From the IMG/VR virus record IMGVR_UViG_3300029989_000006: a DNA stretch of 64,000 bases. One strand, given 5' to 3'. Both the position numbers and the translations under genes were made by a program. This document shows, piece after piece, positions 14,803 through 25,808 of this stretch; the stretch's first letter is position 1; every line of letters begins with the position of its first letter. Origin of the DNA: a virus. Under the pieces are notes generated by a model that saw only the letters and a list, made by a program, of their open reading frames with translations, was not told where the DNA came from and did no database searches.

Positions 14803-16845
14803 TTAGTAATTGCTGCAGGCTGTATTTTCAAAACAATTTTGTCCACTTGCATAAGTGTCAATCGGTAATAACATATATAATCCATTATATGAAAAAGTTG
14901 GTTCAGATAAAGAACAAATTCCAAGCATTAATTTTCCATCTTGATTACTTATATTATCAAATTGATTAAAAGGAGCTGTAATTTCATGAATTTCATTTGG
15001 AGGTAAATATGAAATACATAATGGATAATTATTTGAATAAAGTATATCTAAAGGTATTAGTATAGTTCAGCATATTCCCAATCCACTATTAGGATCAGTA
15101 GTTGTTGGTATTTCTTGACAATATTGAGAAGGAGCTAAAACTATTTGCTGTTGAAATAATTGAAGAATATATTCATCAATATTAGTATTTAATGGTTCAA
15201 CTATTAAAGCTTTATTATTTTCCCCAATTGTAAAATAATTAATAATTGTTGGTGTTCCAAAAGCTTCTGCGTATGAATTATTTAAACCATTAAGTAAAAA
15301 TATATATGCATTACTTATATCTGTAACTTTTAATTCATAATCTAAGAATTCTCCATTATTATTTTGTAGTCAATATTCTTGATATAACATATTTCCATTA
15401 ATACAAATATCATTCTGTGGAATAAATTTTATATTATCATAACTTGTATTTATTAGAATAGATCCATGAATTGTATATTTATCTAAAAATTCTTTAGGTA
15501 AATCATCTTCTGTATATTCATCACTAAAGCCTTCTAATGAAAGAATAGGTGTTATAACATATTCTAATAGTTTGTTATTATAATTTGTTCCACTAATATT
15601 ATAAATAATGTAAGATGCTAAATTATCTGTAAACTCCACATTTCATTCATCATATATTTCTGTAGATTTATCTAAATATATTTTAACTTTGGCTTTAGTT
15701 ATTTTAACATCTCCAGTTACTAAATTAATAGATTTTTGAGCAATTCCTTGTAAAGTTAAACTAAATGAATAATAATTTTGTGGAACTAATGTTTCAGTAG
15801 TAAATTCATCAGTCGTTAATTCCTCAGTAGTGGTTGGATCAGTTGTAGATAATACATCAGTAGTAGTTGGTAATACAGTAGTTAGTAATATTGGGATATG
15901 AGGATCTCCAACAAATTCTGAAAGATTAATTGTTGGAACATCAATAACTTTAAATATCTTTAAATCTTCTATTTCTAATGATAAAGCTAATTTTCCTTTA
16001 TATTGAGAAGGACAGTAATATCTAAAATTATTATCATTAAATCAATATTCTCCAACATTAATCTGAAAATTTTTATAATGGTTATACTTTAATCAAATAT
16101 CTTGAGTTAAATCTAAATATCCATTATTTAATTGATGATATAATTTTACTCTATAAAATTTAGGAACAAAAGTAATTTCTGAATAATCTACAATACCTTG
16201 TGAAATATTTTCAGTATGTATAGTTAAACTATTATTAAAAATAATATATCTTCCTGTTTTAAAATCAGTTGTATTAATAACACTATATTTATATAGATCT
16301 GGAGTTACAATGGTTCCATAATAACTTTTACTATCAGAAGCTTCTGGTGAAGGATAACTTCCAAATTCTATTATTCCAAACCTATTATTATAATCCTCTT
16401 CCGTACCAATGATATCTCAATACTTATTAGATTCTTCTGGTAATTTAGGTAAAGTATTATTAAAATAATCTTTTCTCTGATAAAAAATTTTAATATCGGA
16501 TCATACTGGCTTTGAATATACTAAATCATCTTTTATATATGAAACACTTTGATTTCATTCTAGTATATTATTAATATTTATATCTGGTAATTTTCGTGAA
16601 GCTATATATAAAACTCCACCAAATTCTTTCATTCCTAATGGTTGAAATCCTTCAGTTAAGTGAACGACTCCATCTACTGTTTGTATTGGAGCATTACCTG
16701 CATCATTTTGTAGACTTAATTCATCACCATTAAAAGTGATAAAAGTTGCATTTACTGCATCTGTTAGGACATTATTAGGAGTTGTAAGGGGATTTAAGTC
16801 AAATACAAGCCCTTTATCAAAAGTATTAACTGATTCCTTTTTCAT
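14803..16845 (-). CDS. Tail tube/stabilisation-like protein, 680 aa (code 4), with a Thr-rich insert
   Basis: N-terminus MKKESVNTFDKGLVFDLNPLTTPNNVLTDAVNAT...LQNDAGN is typical of crAss tail proteins. In frame with 15370..15639; TAA at 14803. Confidence 0.65.
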
Positions 16846-17857
16846 ATTCTTTTATTAATTCTTGTCATGTTTTATTTGAAGGAATAAATTTTAAATCTCT
16901 TACTTCTCCTAAATATTCTAAATTTCTTAATTTTAATTTTGGTGCCCAAAAAGCCCAACCTTTAAAAGTATCTCTTTTAAATCTAAATATATATAAATGA
17001 TTTGATTTATATCTTAATTCTTCCTGAATTTTTCTTGGTATGATATTTACAAAATGAGTAATTTTTCTTGCAACTTTATTTGTTTCACATCATTCCTGAA
17101 AAAGTCTATCATTTAAACCAATATAATAATATCCATCAAAATCCTTTCTTTCTCATTGTGCAATTTTTCTTAGCTTCTTATCTCTTCTAATACTATATTG
17201 TTTTATTTGATAAGGTATATTTAAAGATAAAGCCCCAATATATGCAACACAATCAATATATTTTTTGGTATTAATAGAAATAGCACATCCATATTTTATT
17301 GAAGAATACATTCTTCTAAATCCATGCATTAAAATCTTTTTTAATTCTTTTAATGTTAATTCTGTGAATTTTTCATGGACTTCTGGTAAAATATCATTTA
17401 TGGTCAAATCTTTTATTGTATAAAATTTTTCTCCTGAATTTATTTTATCCAAAAATTTCTGTTTTAAGGCACCTCCGAGATACACAGGATAAGATTTTTG
17501 ATATGCCTTAGCCTTGTAATAGTACTTGATAAAATAACCCGTAAAATCAGATTCTACAAAATCAATTTCAGAAAAACGACCACATTGTCTTTGTTTCACA
17601 AACTGATCTTCTAGAACAATTTCAAAATCAAGATAACCCTCAACAGAATATGGGATCAAAAATCTTACTTTTTCATCAATCATTTTATTAATAATTAATC
17701 CAAAACAGTATTTAAATGGATCAGCTACTGCATCAGCATAACTATTGGTAGATCCATATAATTTAATAAATCATGCTCATTTTTTATCAGTTACTTTATT
17801 TGTTGGATTTGTATATAACTCTTCACAAGTTAGTCCATGATTAAAAAATATTCTCAT
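16826..17857 (-). CDS. Conserved crAss-like late protein, 343 aa (code 4); at the position of the IHF-like gene
   Basis: ATG at 17857 is in frame with 17153..17683 and reads to TAA at 16826. Function is from gene order only. Confidence 0.55.
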
Positions 17858-18561
17858 TAACGAACAGGCTTATAACTCTTTCCAAATCGTTTTCTATCCC
17901 AAGAACTGGATACATTAAGTATCTCATCCATTTCGTTTTGATTAATATATTCTGGAATTCTTGCTTGAGAACACAAACTTTTTCATTTTTGTTCTAATAT
18001 TTGAGCTAATTGCATTAAATTTCTATCTCTTGAAACTAATGCATTTTTAAAAGTATTTGTATATGCAAGAAAAGCTGATATTGCATCTAATTCTTTTACA
18101 TTTAAATAAGGTAAACCTTCTTCATCTGCAATTACTCCTTTATATAAAATATGTACACTACGAAAGTTATCAGATAAAAATATTTTTTGTCCTTCTTGTC
18201 TATATTTAATATATTTACCAGAAGAATATAATGTTCCAGTATTATATTTTCTAGATTCAATATAACTCTCAATTCATCCACTTTGTGAATTTCCTGGTAA
18301 TAATTGATTAGAAGTTTTTTGATAATCTTCATAATCTGCTGTAACTGCCTCAATTATATCTACATTACATGGAAGATCTACATAATAATTTCCAGATAAA
18401 TCTTTAATAGGTTCTGTTATATATTTATATAATCTTGTTTGTTTATTTCCTATTCTATCTCATCCAATTAAACCAATTGATTCAAATTCATCTGGATTAA
18501 GTTCTAATCCATATAACTCCCTAGCTTGTGTGTAAGCTGTATTAAAATTATAACTTGTCAT
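17857..18561 (-). CDS. Head-tail ring/tubular protein, 234 aa (code 4); absent from the ORF track
   Basis: MTSYNFNTAYTQARELYGLELNPDEFESIGLIGW(TGA)DRIGNK...FGKSYKPVR; fills the gap with a TAATG overlap. Confidence 0.7.
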
Positions 18562-18563
18562 TA

Positions 18564-19232
18564 TTAACGTGGTGTTTGATCATTGGGGTGAGGTTGTGCT
18601 ACTAAACTTCTATAATATCTAATTTTCTTTTCAGTTAATCTCTTTTTAACCTCGGCAGAAATAAAAGATAAATTATCTACTTCTTCTGAAGTACAACATT
18701 TATATTCTGCTAACTGTCTTGGATCTTTAAAAATTGCAATAACCGAAACTTTTTTTAACATAGGTGCATTATAAATTCATGCATCATACATATTATGATC
18801 ATTTGGGGTAGGTTCTACATAAACATATGGTTTATCAAATCCTCTTCTTAGATATTTATGATACTGAAAGGCAGTATTAGTATATATCTTTAATTGTATT
18901 TCTCTATCTATTGATCCAATAAACTCAATTGCCTCACTTTGAAGATCATTAATCGTCTGAGGCATTTCAAAGTGTAATTGTGGAGTAGTAAATGAATCTG
19001 TACTACAGGGACATTTATCCAAAGATTCACAATTCACATCAATACAATTAATTGACATTAATAAATCATTTCTTGGGACAAGATTTTTTAAAGAATATTC
19101 TTTTATAACCTGTAATCTTTCATCTACTATATCATCCATTAATTGATCAAGTGAGATACTAGGTGTTCCTGTAAGTCCACTTAATCCACCTACTATATCA
19201 TTGTATATTGCGGAAGCTAATTTTCTTATCAT
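18564..19232 (-). CDS. Structural ring protein, 222 aa (code 4)
   Basis: 18777..19232 and 18564..18761 join across one TGA. Confidence 0.7.
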
Positions 19233-19249
19233 ATATAATTTCTTAAACT

Positions 19250-19278
19250 AAAAAAGGCGACGGTATATCCGCCGCCTT
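19250..19278 (-). terminator. Intrinsic terminator
   Basis: AAGGCGGCGG-ATATA-CCGTCGCCTT followed by TTTT. Confidence 0.75.
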
Positions 19279-19301
19279 AATTAGACCATATTTATTTAAA
19301 A

Positions 19302-20402
19302 CTAAGCTTGAACTGTATAAGTAATGCTTGCAGTATTACCAACTGCATCAGTAACAGTAACAATTGCTGCACCTGTTCCTGTAACTCCATCAGTAGTAAC
19401 TAATCCAGTAGCATTAACAGTTGCTCTTGTAGGTTGATCAGATACAAATGTAATTGCTCCAATTGCACCAGTAACAACCATTTGATCTGCAGTATTATCT
19501 GAAGTATCTAATGTAGCTGTTGTAGTAACAACTGCGGTTAATTTATAAGGTGTTGTTAAAGATAATTTATCTAATTCAGTTTCAAAATCAGAGACAAGAT
19601 CCGCTTTTACCCAAAATACATGAGTTGTAATTGATGTTGCACCAGAAACAATTCCATCTTGTCCATCTTTAGTTTTAGAATAACGAAGTGTATATTCTGT
19701 ATAATTACCTCCAAGAATTGGACGTTCTTCTTTACTAATACCAAAAGCACGAACATTTTCAGCAGTTGGAAGAACAACTTGTCTCATCATCCATGCATCA
19801 TCACCAAAAGCAATAATTCCATTAGTAGTAACAGCACCAGTAGCTATTGTAGTAAACTCTGGTTGAATAATACTATTTGGAGAAGCAACTTCAATTGAAG
19901 CAGTAATTGCTGCAAATCTTTGAGATGTGTCTTTAGCTGTTAATGTAATTTCAGCTGAATTTGCTGAAGCAATTATATAACTATGTCCAAATCTATTTTT
20001 TAAGGTATTTAAAGCAGAAACTAAAGAAGCAGCATCATTAGCTGCATTATTTGTTGCTAAAATTTCAACTGTAACTGGTTTTTTGAAATCTAAAGAATAG
20101 TTTACATATTCTGATAGTGTTGATTGAGAAAGTTTAAGATCAATATTTAATCTTAAAATAAGTCCAGCAGCAACTTGAGTAATTGTAATCTTTGCAACCT
20201 CTTTAACACCAGCTTGGTAAGGTCTTTTATGTAAAGCAACAATATTTGCTTTTTTGAAGGTACCTACTTTTGCAACGAAAAGTTGAGTAGCAGAACCAAC
20301 ATATTTATCTACAGCGGCACCATTGCTGTCAAGCAAAGCATTACCATCATAATCTACCGCATATTGCGAATTAATAACATTAGTTGTCGTAAATTGATAC
20401 AT
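19302..20402 (-). CDS. Structural (auxiliary capsid-like) protein with a C-terminal Ig-like domain, 366 aa
   Basis: Intact ORF. C-terminal ITFVSDQPTRATVNATGLVT...GAAIVTVTD...ITYTV resembles Big_2. Confidence 0.65.
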   Translation of the reverse strand: MYQFTTTNVINSQYAVDYDGNALLDSNGAAVDKYVGSATQLFVAKVGTFKKANIVALHKRPYQAGVKEVAKITITQVAAGLILRLNIDLKLSQSTLSEYVNYSLDFKKPVTVEILATNNAANDAASLVSALNTLKNRFGHSYIIASANSAEITLTAKDTSQRFAAITASIEVASPNSIIQPEFTTIATGAVTTNGIIAFGDDAWMMRQVVLPTAENVRAFGISKEERPILGGNYTEYTLRYSKTKDGQDGIVSGATSITTHVFWVKADLVSDFETELDKLSLTTPYKLTAVVTTTATLDTSDNTADQMVVTGAIGAITFVSDQPTRATVNATGLVTTDGVTGTGAAIVTVTDAVGNTASITYTVQA

Positions 20403-20438
20403 GTTATAAAATATTTATTTTTTTATTTAAAGAGTTAT

Positions 20439-21287
20439 CTATTTCTTGTGTGCTTGAGGTTGTTCTTGTTGAGGAGAAGCTATTGATTGATTAATTGGAA
20501 TATGACTTTGTAATCTAGGATCACTTGCATTTTCCATTAATAAATGAATAAGTTCATTAACAATTTCCTGGGCAACATAATCTGGAAATTCTAATAATTG
20601 TGAGGTATCTTCTACTGCATCTACTTCTTCTTGTGTAAGACGAATAAATTGTGGTGCTCTTAAATAATCCACATAAACTTTTGAAAGTTTAAATATTGCA
20701 TCATCTTTTCCATAACGAATCTCCATTCTAACTTTAGATCTATTACCATATCTATATTCTGCAGTTTTTTGAACCAGATCTCCAGGAGTACCTTGAGTAT
20801 AGTTAACATCTGTAGGTTTAGTAGAAATAGGATTAAGTATGTCTGTATTTACATTATTAATATAATAATATGGATTTTTATATGAAGGCCTCATATAATA
20901 ATTATGTAATAATTGGGATAACATATCAGCAGTAGCACGTTTTGCTCCTTGCTGCCATTGCATTCCTGCATTATAACATTTATATTGTTTTTGAACAGTA
21001 TATTCTACTATACAATTCAAAATATGTAAATAATCATCTGGTAAATCAACGTCATAGGTTTTATCAAATAAATCTGATGCTGCCCATTCTGTTGCAGGAA
21101 CTGGTACTAAAACCACTGATCCTTTTAAAACTCTTAAATCATCTGTTTTTTGTTGATTTACATCATAAGCGTTGTAAGCTTTATTGATGAACTGGTTCAC
21201 AGCTTTATTTGCAAAATAATTATAATCCTCAAGCAAAAGACTCGGGGCTTCTCTTTTATTCAATTCAATTAAAGCAGCTTCGAACAT
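20439..21287 (-). CDS. Ring/connector protein, 282 aa (possible ATC start at 21302)
   Basis: Intact ORF. LIELNK.EAPSLLLEDYNY...EFPDYVAQEIVNE is typical of the crAss capsid module. Confidence 0.65.
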   Translation of the reverse strand: MFEAALIELNKREAPSLLLEDYNYFANKAVNQFINKAYNAYDVNQQKTDDLRVLKGSVVLVPVPATEWAASDLFDKTYDVDLPDDYLHILNCIVEYTVQKQYKCYNAGMQWQQGAKRATADMLSQLLHNYYMRPSYKNPYYYINNVNTDILNPISTKPTDVNYTQGTPGDLVQKTAEYRYGNRSKVRMEIRYGKDDAIFKLSKVYVDYLRAPQFIRLTQEEVDAVEDTSQLLEFPDYVAQEIVNELIHLLMENASDPRLQSHIPINQSIASPQQEQPQAHKK

Positions 21288-21346
21288 TTGTTTTGCTGTG
21301 ATGGTAGTAAATTATTAGAAAATTAATTTATAAAATTAATTTATGG

Positions 21347-22252
21347 TTATTTTTTATTAACAGGGCCCCCTTTAGGTTTTAAAGGCACACCTTCTACTAA
21401 ATTAGATATATCATCTTCGAGTCCGGCACCTTCCTCAGCAATTTCTTTTTTAGTCATTAACTCAGGATAAGTCTCTCTTTTAATCGAATCTGTTAATTTC
21501 TTATATCGAATATCTCTTAAAAATGTAATTGTTGCTTCTATTGATCCGCCAAGCATTTTATCATCATATTTATAAATACCATCAGAACGTCTAATGACCC
21601 CTCTTTCAACAGAATCTAAAATAAATAAATGCATTTTCCAATCCTCACCTTCATAAAGTTCAATAATTTTTTTAGGTGTCTTAGCAGCAATTTCTAATAA
21701 ATAATCTAATACATCTGCAGGTACTGCGTTTTGTAAATTTCTTCCCAATACTCTAGCTTTTTTCACTCTTTCTTGTTCTGAATCTTCATAGATATATCTT
21801 TCAGCTGTGAAAATAACTTGTTTTTTATTAACCTTAGCTTTTGTGACTTCTCCTGGTCTTTCAACATATAAATCAGCTACACCATATCTTTTAGCTCCAC
21901 CATCTATAATTAAATTTCCTTGATCATCACGTTGATATCTATCTTTTGCAATCCAGTTACAATTTTCAATGGCTTCTCAGTGGGCTTTATCTACAATATC
22001 ATCTAAATCAAATCTTGTTCCATCAACAATTTGAAAAACTTTATCTGCTGGAACAAAATGTTTTTTACCTTTACTCATTTGATCAATATCATCTTCTGAT
22101 AAAATCATCTCAGTATTATCAACAGGACCTTTTACTGGTTTAACACAATCAGGAAGTCTTCCTGTTCTAGGATTAGGACATGGTTGTATATAATATATTT
22201 GATTTACTTTACCATACACACTTCTTAGAAGTATTTCATTACTCATATTCAC
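21347..22252 (-). CDS. Conserved capsid-module protein, 301 aa (code 4)
   Basis: 21977..22252 and 21347..21766 are in frame across one TGA (KAHW). Confidence 0.7.
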
Positions 22253-22296
22253 TTTTATTTTTTATATTTACGTATATAATCTAATTAATATTTATC

Positions 22297-22328
22297 TAAA
22301 TAAAGGAGGAATTGCTTCCTCCTTTATT
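22297..22328 (-). terminator. Intrinsic terminator after the major capsid protein gene
   Basis: AATAAAGGAGGAA...TTCCTCCTTTATT inverted repeat. Confidence 0.75.
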
Positions 22329-22338
22329 ATCTATTTTT

Positions 22339-23769
22339 CTAAACTTCTTCAGCAATGAAGGATTTGTAAGGTGCAAAAGCAGCCAATCCTGCATAACCAG
22401 CAACGATTAATTTAGATCCAGCAACTGGAGAACTAACAATACCACTTGTGATACCATCAATTCCACCTACTCCAGGATATTTAGAAGTAACAAATTCTGC
22501 ACCAGCTAAAGTAAATCCAGCGATTGCAGGTTGATTTGTACTCATATCAGGAGTCATGTCTAAACAAATTCCATAAGCTTTTGTTGGGTATTCTTTTGAT
22601 AAAGCACGGTCTACCATGAATGTAACTTGATTACCTGCAATTTGATATGTAGTAAAAGTTCCACCTACTTTAATAGGATTATCCACTTTCATCATAGCAT
22701 TTGAATCTCTAGAATATAACATAGTAGGAGTAGATCCCCATAATTTTAACCAATCACCAAGAGTTGTATTGATTTGTCCCCAGAATCTATCATTAATAAC
22801 AAATGTATAGTTATTACCTGTTGGATTAACAGCTTTTTGATTCATTTGCTCCATTATAGTATTAATAACATTAATATTTAATTTTGCAAATTTGAATTTA
22901 GAGGCAAATCTTTCAATTTGTGGAACAAGACCATCACCAGCAATTAATGGACGACCATCTTCTGTTAAAACAGTAGATTTTCCATTAACATCCATTGTGG
23001 TTTTTTGCCACAATAAAGCGTTGTTTTTCACTGTATTGAAGTTATCCAATAAGTCTTTTTCCATTTTGTTCAATTTGAACAATTTTTCTTTCATTTCACC
23101 AGTACCATCACCTTGGGCAATTTTAATAAACTGATCTTCCATCTGTGCATAACGTGCAGAGTAAGAAATATCATTTCTATGCTCAGTTATCCATTGACGA
23201 TGTTTTTCAATATTACTTTGGTATTTAGTAAATCCTTCCTCATGATATTCAGGTTGAATATTTGCTAAGAAACGAGTAGTCATTCCTAATTGACAAGCTG
23301 ATGCATCTAATATTGCTGAATAATCAGCATCAATTAATTGTACTGTATAAACCCAAAAGTTATCAGCTTGTCTTTCTGGAGTTGCTTTTACAATACATTG
23401 TTGACGAGAGCCGTCAATTTTAAAGGTATCATATTTCTCATAGTATCTTTCTTTAAAATACATGGTAATATCTGCACCAATAGCACCTGTTCCACTTGGA
23501 GCAGCTGCAAATTCAACACGTTTAACAAACTCAACATCAATTTCCCATTCTATCATGAGAGAATTTATTGGCTGAAATTTATTAGCAGTTTTTGAATTAT
23601 AATAAATATTCATTAAACCTTCAGTAAGGAATGTGGCAGTATTTTGAGTATTCATTCTTGCCATAACTCCCATCATCTTTGGTCTAGTTCCTAAAAATTT
23701 GTAGAAATCTTCATAAGTTCTACTGTGTGCCATTTCTGGCTTTACGTTAACGTAACTTGCTACAATCAT
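22339..23769 (-). CDS. Major capsid protein, 476 aa
   Basis: RTYEDFYKFLG.RP, FKERYYEKYDTF and PEYHEEGFTKYQSNIEKHR motifs of crAss-like MCPs; size and position fit. Confidence 0.85.
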   Translation of the reverse strand: MIVASYVNVKPEMAHSRTYEDFYKFLGTRPKMMGVMARMNTQNTATFLTEGLMNIYYNSKTANKFQPINSLMIEWEIDVEFVKRVEFAAAPSGTGAIGADITMYFKERYYEKYDTFKIDGSRQQCIVKATPERQADNFWVYTVQLIDADYSAILDASACQLGMTTRFLANIQPEYHEEGFTKYQSNIEKHRQWITEHRNDISYSARYAQMEDQFIKIAQGDGTGEMKEKLFKLNKMEKDLLDNFNTVKNNALLWQKTTMDVNGKSTVLTEDGRPLIAGDGLVPQIERFASKFKFAKLNINVINTIMEQMNQKAVNPTGNNYTFVINDRFWGQINTTLGDWLKLWGSTPTMLYSRDSNAMMKVDNPIKVGGTFTTYQIAGNQVTFMVDRALSKEYPTKAYGICLDMTPDMSTNQPAIAGFTLAGAEFVTSKYPGVGGIDGITSGIVSSPVAGSKLIVAGYAGLAAFAPYKSFIAEEV

Positions 23770-23779
23770 TTTTTAAATC

Positions 23780-24754
23780 TTAAAATAAGTCGTGTATATT
23801 TTCTTTTCTTTTTGATGCGTTTTGCACAACGACATTAGGCTTAACTGGTTTTTTTAATTTTGCTATCTCTGCTTCGTAAGCATTTTTTATCGCATCAAAG
23901 GCTTCCTTGCCATAACGCAAATACCAAGCAGCTTCGTAAAGTTTTACTGGGTTATTTAAATCTTTATAAAAATTACTTAATCCTTTATCATCTAATTCTA
24001 ACAAATAAGATAAAGTCTCATTCTTATCTTCATCTTCAAGATCAATTCCATGAAACTCATTTATTTTAGTAGCAATATCAACCATTTGATCCGCAAATTG
24101 ATTGTATTCCTGTTCTCTAAGTTGCTCAGCTTCTTGAGCCTGAGTAAGTTTATATTGATCTTCAAGAATTTTATATTCTCCTCTTAATTTTGTAACTTTT
24201 TTATTAAAAATCTCTGGATTTTGTAATTCTTTTTCAAGTTCAGCAACTAATTCCTCATCTGTTAATTCAAATTTATTTTTTAAATCTAAAAGAAATAACT
24301 CTTGATCATCATATGCGTCTATATCATATGTTGCCTCAGTTTGTTTTCCTAATTCTGTATAAATTGAATCTTTAAATTGTTGTAAGAAAGTTTCAACTGT
24401 TAAATTATTTGATCTTAAATGGTTTAGTAATAATATTTCTTCTTCAGCTAAATCAGGAGTAGTTACTTCATCTTCATTTCTTGCATTTAAAATCTCTAGT
24501 TGTTCTTCTTTAGTTAATCCGTAAAAGTCAACTTCTTGTTCTTGATCTTTTTCATCTAATATTTTAATTTTTGCATTACTTATTCCTCTTGATTTTAAGA
24601 GTTCATCTAATAATGTGGGCTCTTTAGAAGAAGAACCTTCTTCTTCTAATAAAAAGTTATCATCATTTAAATTTTCACCTATAATAGGTTCATCATTTAC
24701 TCCCTCAGTCCCAGAATTTTCATCAAAAAGGTCATCAAATTCTTCCATTGTCAT
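23780..24754 (-). CDS. Acidic scaffold-like protein, 324 aa
   Basis: Highly acidic, coiled-coil-like ORF immediately upstream of the MCP gene. Confidence 0.6.
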   Translation of the reverse strand: MTMEEFDDLFDENSGTEGVNDEPIIGENLNDDNFLLEEEGSSSKEPTLLDELLKSRGISNAKIKILDEKDQEQEVDFYGLTKEEQLEILNARNEDEVTTPDLAEEEILLLNHLRSNNLTVETFLQQFKDSIYTELGKQTEATYDIDAYDDQELFLLDLKNKFELTDEELVAELEKELQNPEIFNKKVTKLRGEYKILEDQYKLTQAQEAEQLREQEYNQFADQMVDIATKINEFHGIDLEDEDKNETLSYLLELDDKGLSNFYKDLNNPVKLYEAAWYLRYGKEAFDAIKNAYEAEIAKLKKPVKPNVVVQNASKRKENIHDLF

Positions 24755-24838
24755 TAAACATTAATTCATTATATATTTTTTTATCTATATTAATTTATTT
24801 TTATTTTTTATGAAATAATTAAAATTAATTTATAGTCA

Positions 24839-24900
24839 CAAAAGTAACACGAAAATACTTATAAAATATATAAATATTTAAAAATTTATATTTTATAAGT
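24839..24900 (-). promoter_or_regulatory. Late promoter: TACTTTTG -7 box plus upstream palindrome
   Basis: TAnnTTTG at 24839-24846. Inverted repeat ACTTATAAAATATA (24857-24870) / TATATTTTATAAGT (24887-24900). Confidence 0.6.
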
Positions 24901-24926
24901 ATAATTCATTATTAATAGTTTTTTTA

Positions 24927-25142
24927 CTATTCTTTTGTTAATTTTGCAGAGAAACCTACAGCAGCAGCAGCAACTAATACGTATTTGCAAATATCTAAAA
25001 TTATTTGAGGCAATTGAAGACTTAAAGTAGTGTTTAATGTTCAAACACTTAAAGCACTTCCCCCAAATGCAAAAGCTAAATTTTTAATTTTTACTCAAAA
25101 GATTGGACTTTTTGTTTTTCAGCGTTCAATTAATTCTTTCAT
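24927..25142 (-). CDS. Holin-like protein with 2 TM segments, 71 aa (code 4); absent from the ORF track
   Basis: MKELIERWKTKSPIFWVKIKNLAFAFGGSALSVWTLN...YVLVAAAAVGFSAKLTKE; all three W are TGA. Confidence 0.6.
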
Positions 25143-25144
25143 AT

Positions 25145-25516
25145 TTATTTTCTTCACATTTGAAATAATTTTCTTGTTTTAAGGTAGTTAAGATTATTTT
25201 CATTCTCGTAACATTCTCTTTCAAGTGCTCCTCTATCTGTTTTATTAAAAGCACAATCTATAAGATCTACTCAATAAAATGCACTTAAGGCAAGAGCTAA
25301 GATTAATCATGTATTTATTAATCCAGAACCAAATATCAATATTTTTATTAATAACAATATTAACCCAATTGATAAAAATTCAATATATTGTCTACCATGG
25401 ATATTCTCATGATTAATTACTATAGGTACAAGTGGCTCTTTATAGAATAAACAGGGCCATATGGTAATATATTTATAATTACCAAAAGGTATTAACTTAT
25501 TTGGAATTTTTATCAT
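25145..25516 (-). CDS. Membrane-associated HExxH (zincin-like) protein, 123 aa (code 4)
   Basis: INHENIH motif, a hydrophobic stretch and a downstream LERECY; reads through TGAs to TAA at 25145. Confidence 0.6.
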
Positions 25517-25797
25517 TTTAAACCATCAATAAATTGATTGGCTTCATCAATAGCATAACCTTCCCATTCTTTAACTTCAGCTTCTGCTTCTTGAATCATT
25601 CTACCAATGAATTCTACTCCATTTTTGTAGATAAATCTTAACATTGCTGATACAGCCAATGGTGAAGCATCTTCAACAATAAATTGATTAACAGCACCAC
25701 CTTCAGTATATACTACTTGGGTTATTGTTAATTTAGCAATAGCTTTAATAGCTTCTAATTCTGCTTGTTTTTCTTTGTACTCGTCTATTTTACTCAT
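25510..25797 (-). CDS. Hypothetical protein, 94-95 aa (ends TGA TAA)
   Basis: Intact ORF; the TGA is followed immediately by TAA. Confidence 0.6.
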
Positions 25798-25808
25798 GAT
25801 TTTAAATT

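Noticed and set aside
2530-18353. Track ORFs 2530..2751 and 18132..18353
   Set aside because: They are out-of-frame overlaps inside longer code-4 genes.
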